Shown here: positions 12,132 to 12,197 of the stretch, one piece after another
Numbering within the stretch: position 1 is the first letter of the stretch
Layout: each line of letters starts with the position of its first letter
From: a virus
Length of the DNA stretch: 12,197 nt
Reading direction: 5' to 3' (one strand)
Virus record (IMG/VR): IMGVR_UViG_3300029415_000021
Coordinates: 1 to 12,197 of that record
Position numbers and translations under genes: made by a program
Notes under the pieces: model-generated
Database searches by the model: none
What the model was told of the DNA's origin: nothing
Seen by the model: only the letters and a program-made list of their open reading frames with translations

Positions 12132-12197
12132 CTCTCAATATTGCACAAAAATTATTGCCTTTTTTCTCCGTTCCCGCCTATTATGGCCGCTTTCTCG
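12109..12197. repeat. Terminal direct repeat, right copy (identical to 1..89)
   Basis: Exact 89/89 match to the window start. It could be a circular-assembly overlap, a true direct terminal repeat (DTR) or an att duplication. Confidence 0.98.

Noticed and set aside
12005-12182. 178-bp MITE bounded by the 15-bp perfect inverted repeats
   Set aside because: No target-site duplication flanks the arms (ggcg versus atgg). The interior is packed with repeats shared with flanking DNA. Recombination or regulatory architecture is the more economical explanation, though the MITE reading is not excluded.

Overview
The window is one 12,108-bp unit plus an exact 89-bp terminal duplication (1..89 = 12109..12197). 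This fits a circular or terminally redundant molecule, or an integrated element bounded by att duplications. It is a compact, phage-related integrative element. AGGAGG-type ribosome-binding (Shine-Dalgarno, SD) sites, extended -10 promoters and a cysteine-rich KTR-like gene beside the integrase suggest a Firmicutes/Clostridia host, but that is inference only.

Organisation:
- A 7.8-kb minus-strand operon of tightly overlapping genes (10243 down to 2429) encodes an Xis-like HTH protein, a winged-helix protein, a replisome-organizer N-domain, a PD-(D/E)xK resolvase-like nuclease, small and large terminase subunits, two Cys-rich small proteins, a 214-aa unknown, a tape-measure protein and an HK97-gp10-like protein.
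- A second minus-strand unit (773 down through the junction to 10410) carries two small unknowns, the KTR-like zinc-ribbon protein and a tyrosine integrase.
- A plus-strand island (774..2428) holds two paralogous ribbon-helix-helix (RHH) regulators. Each has its own repeat-laden promoter. A near-consensus promoter follows, reading into a roughly 260-440 nt ORF-free, highly structured region that is a candidate ncRNA.

I recognise no portal, major capsid, protease, tail tube or lysis gene, so a phage-satellite-like lifestyle is a hypothesis worth testing. Other points of interest are a putative origin, an attP-like repeat cluster, and a promoter-terminator pair gating the long operon. All calls come from reading the sequence and ORF translations; no database search was run.
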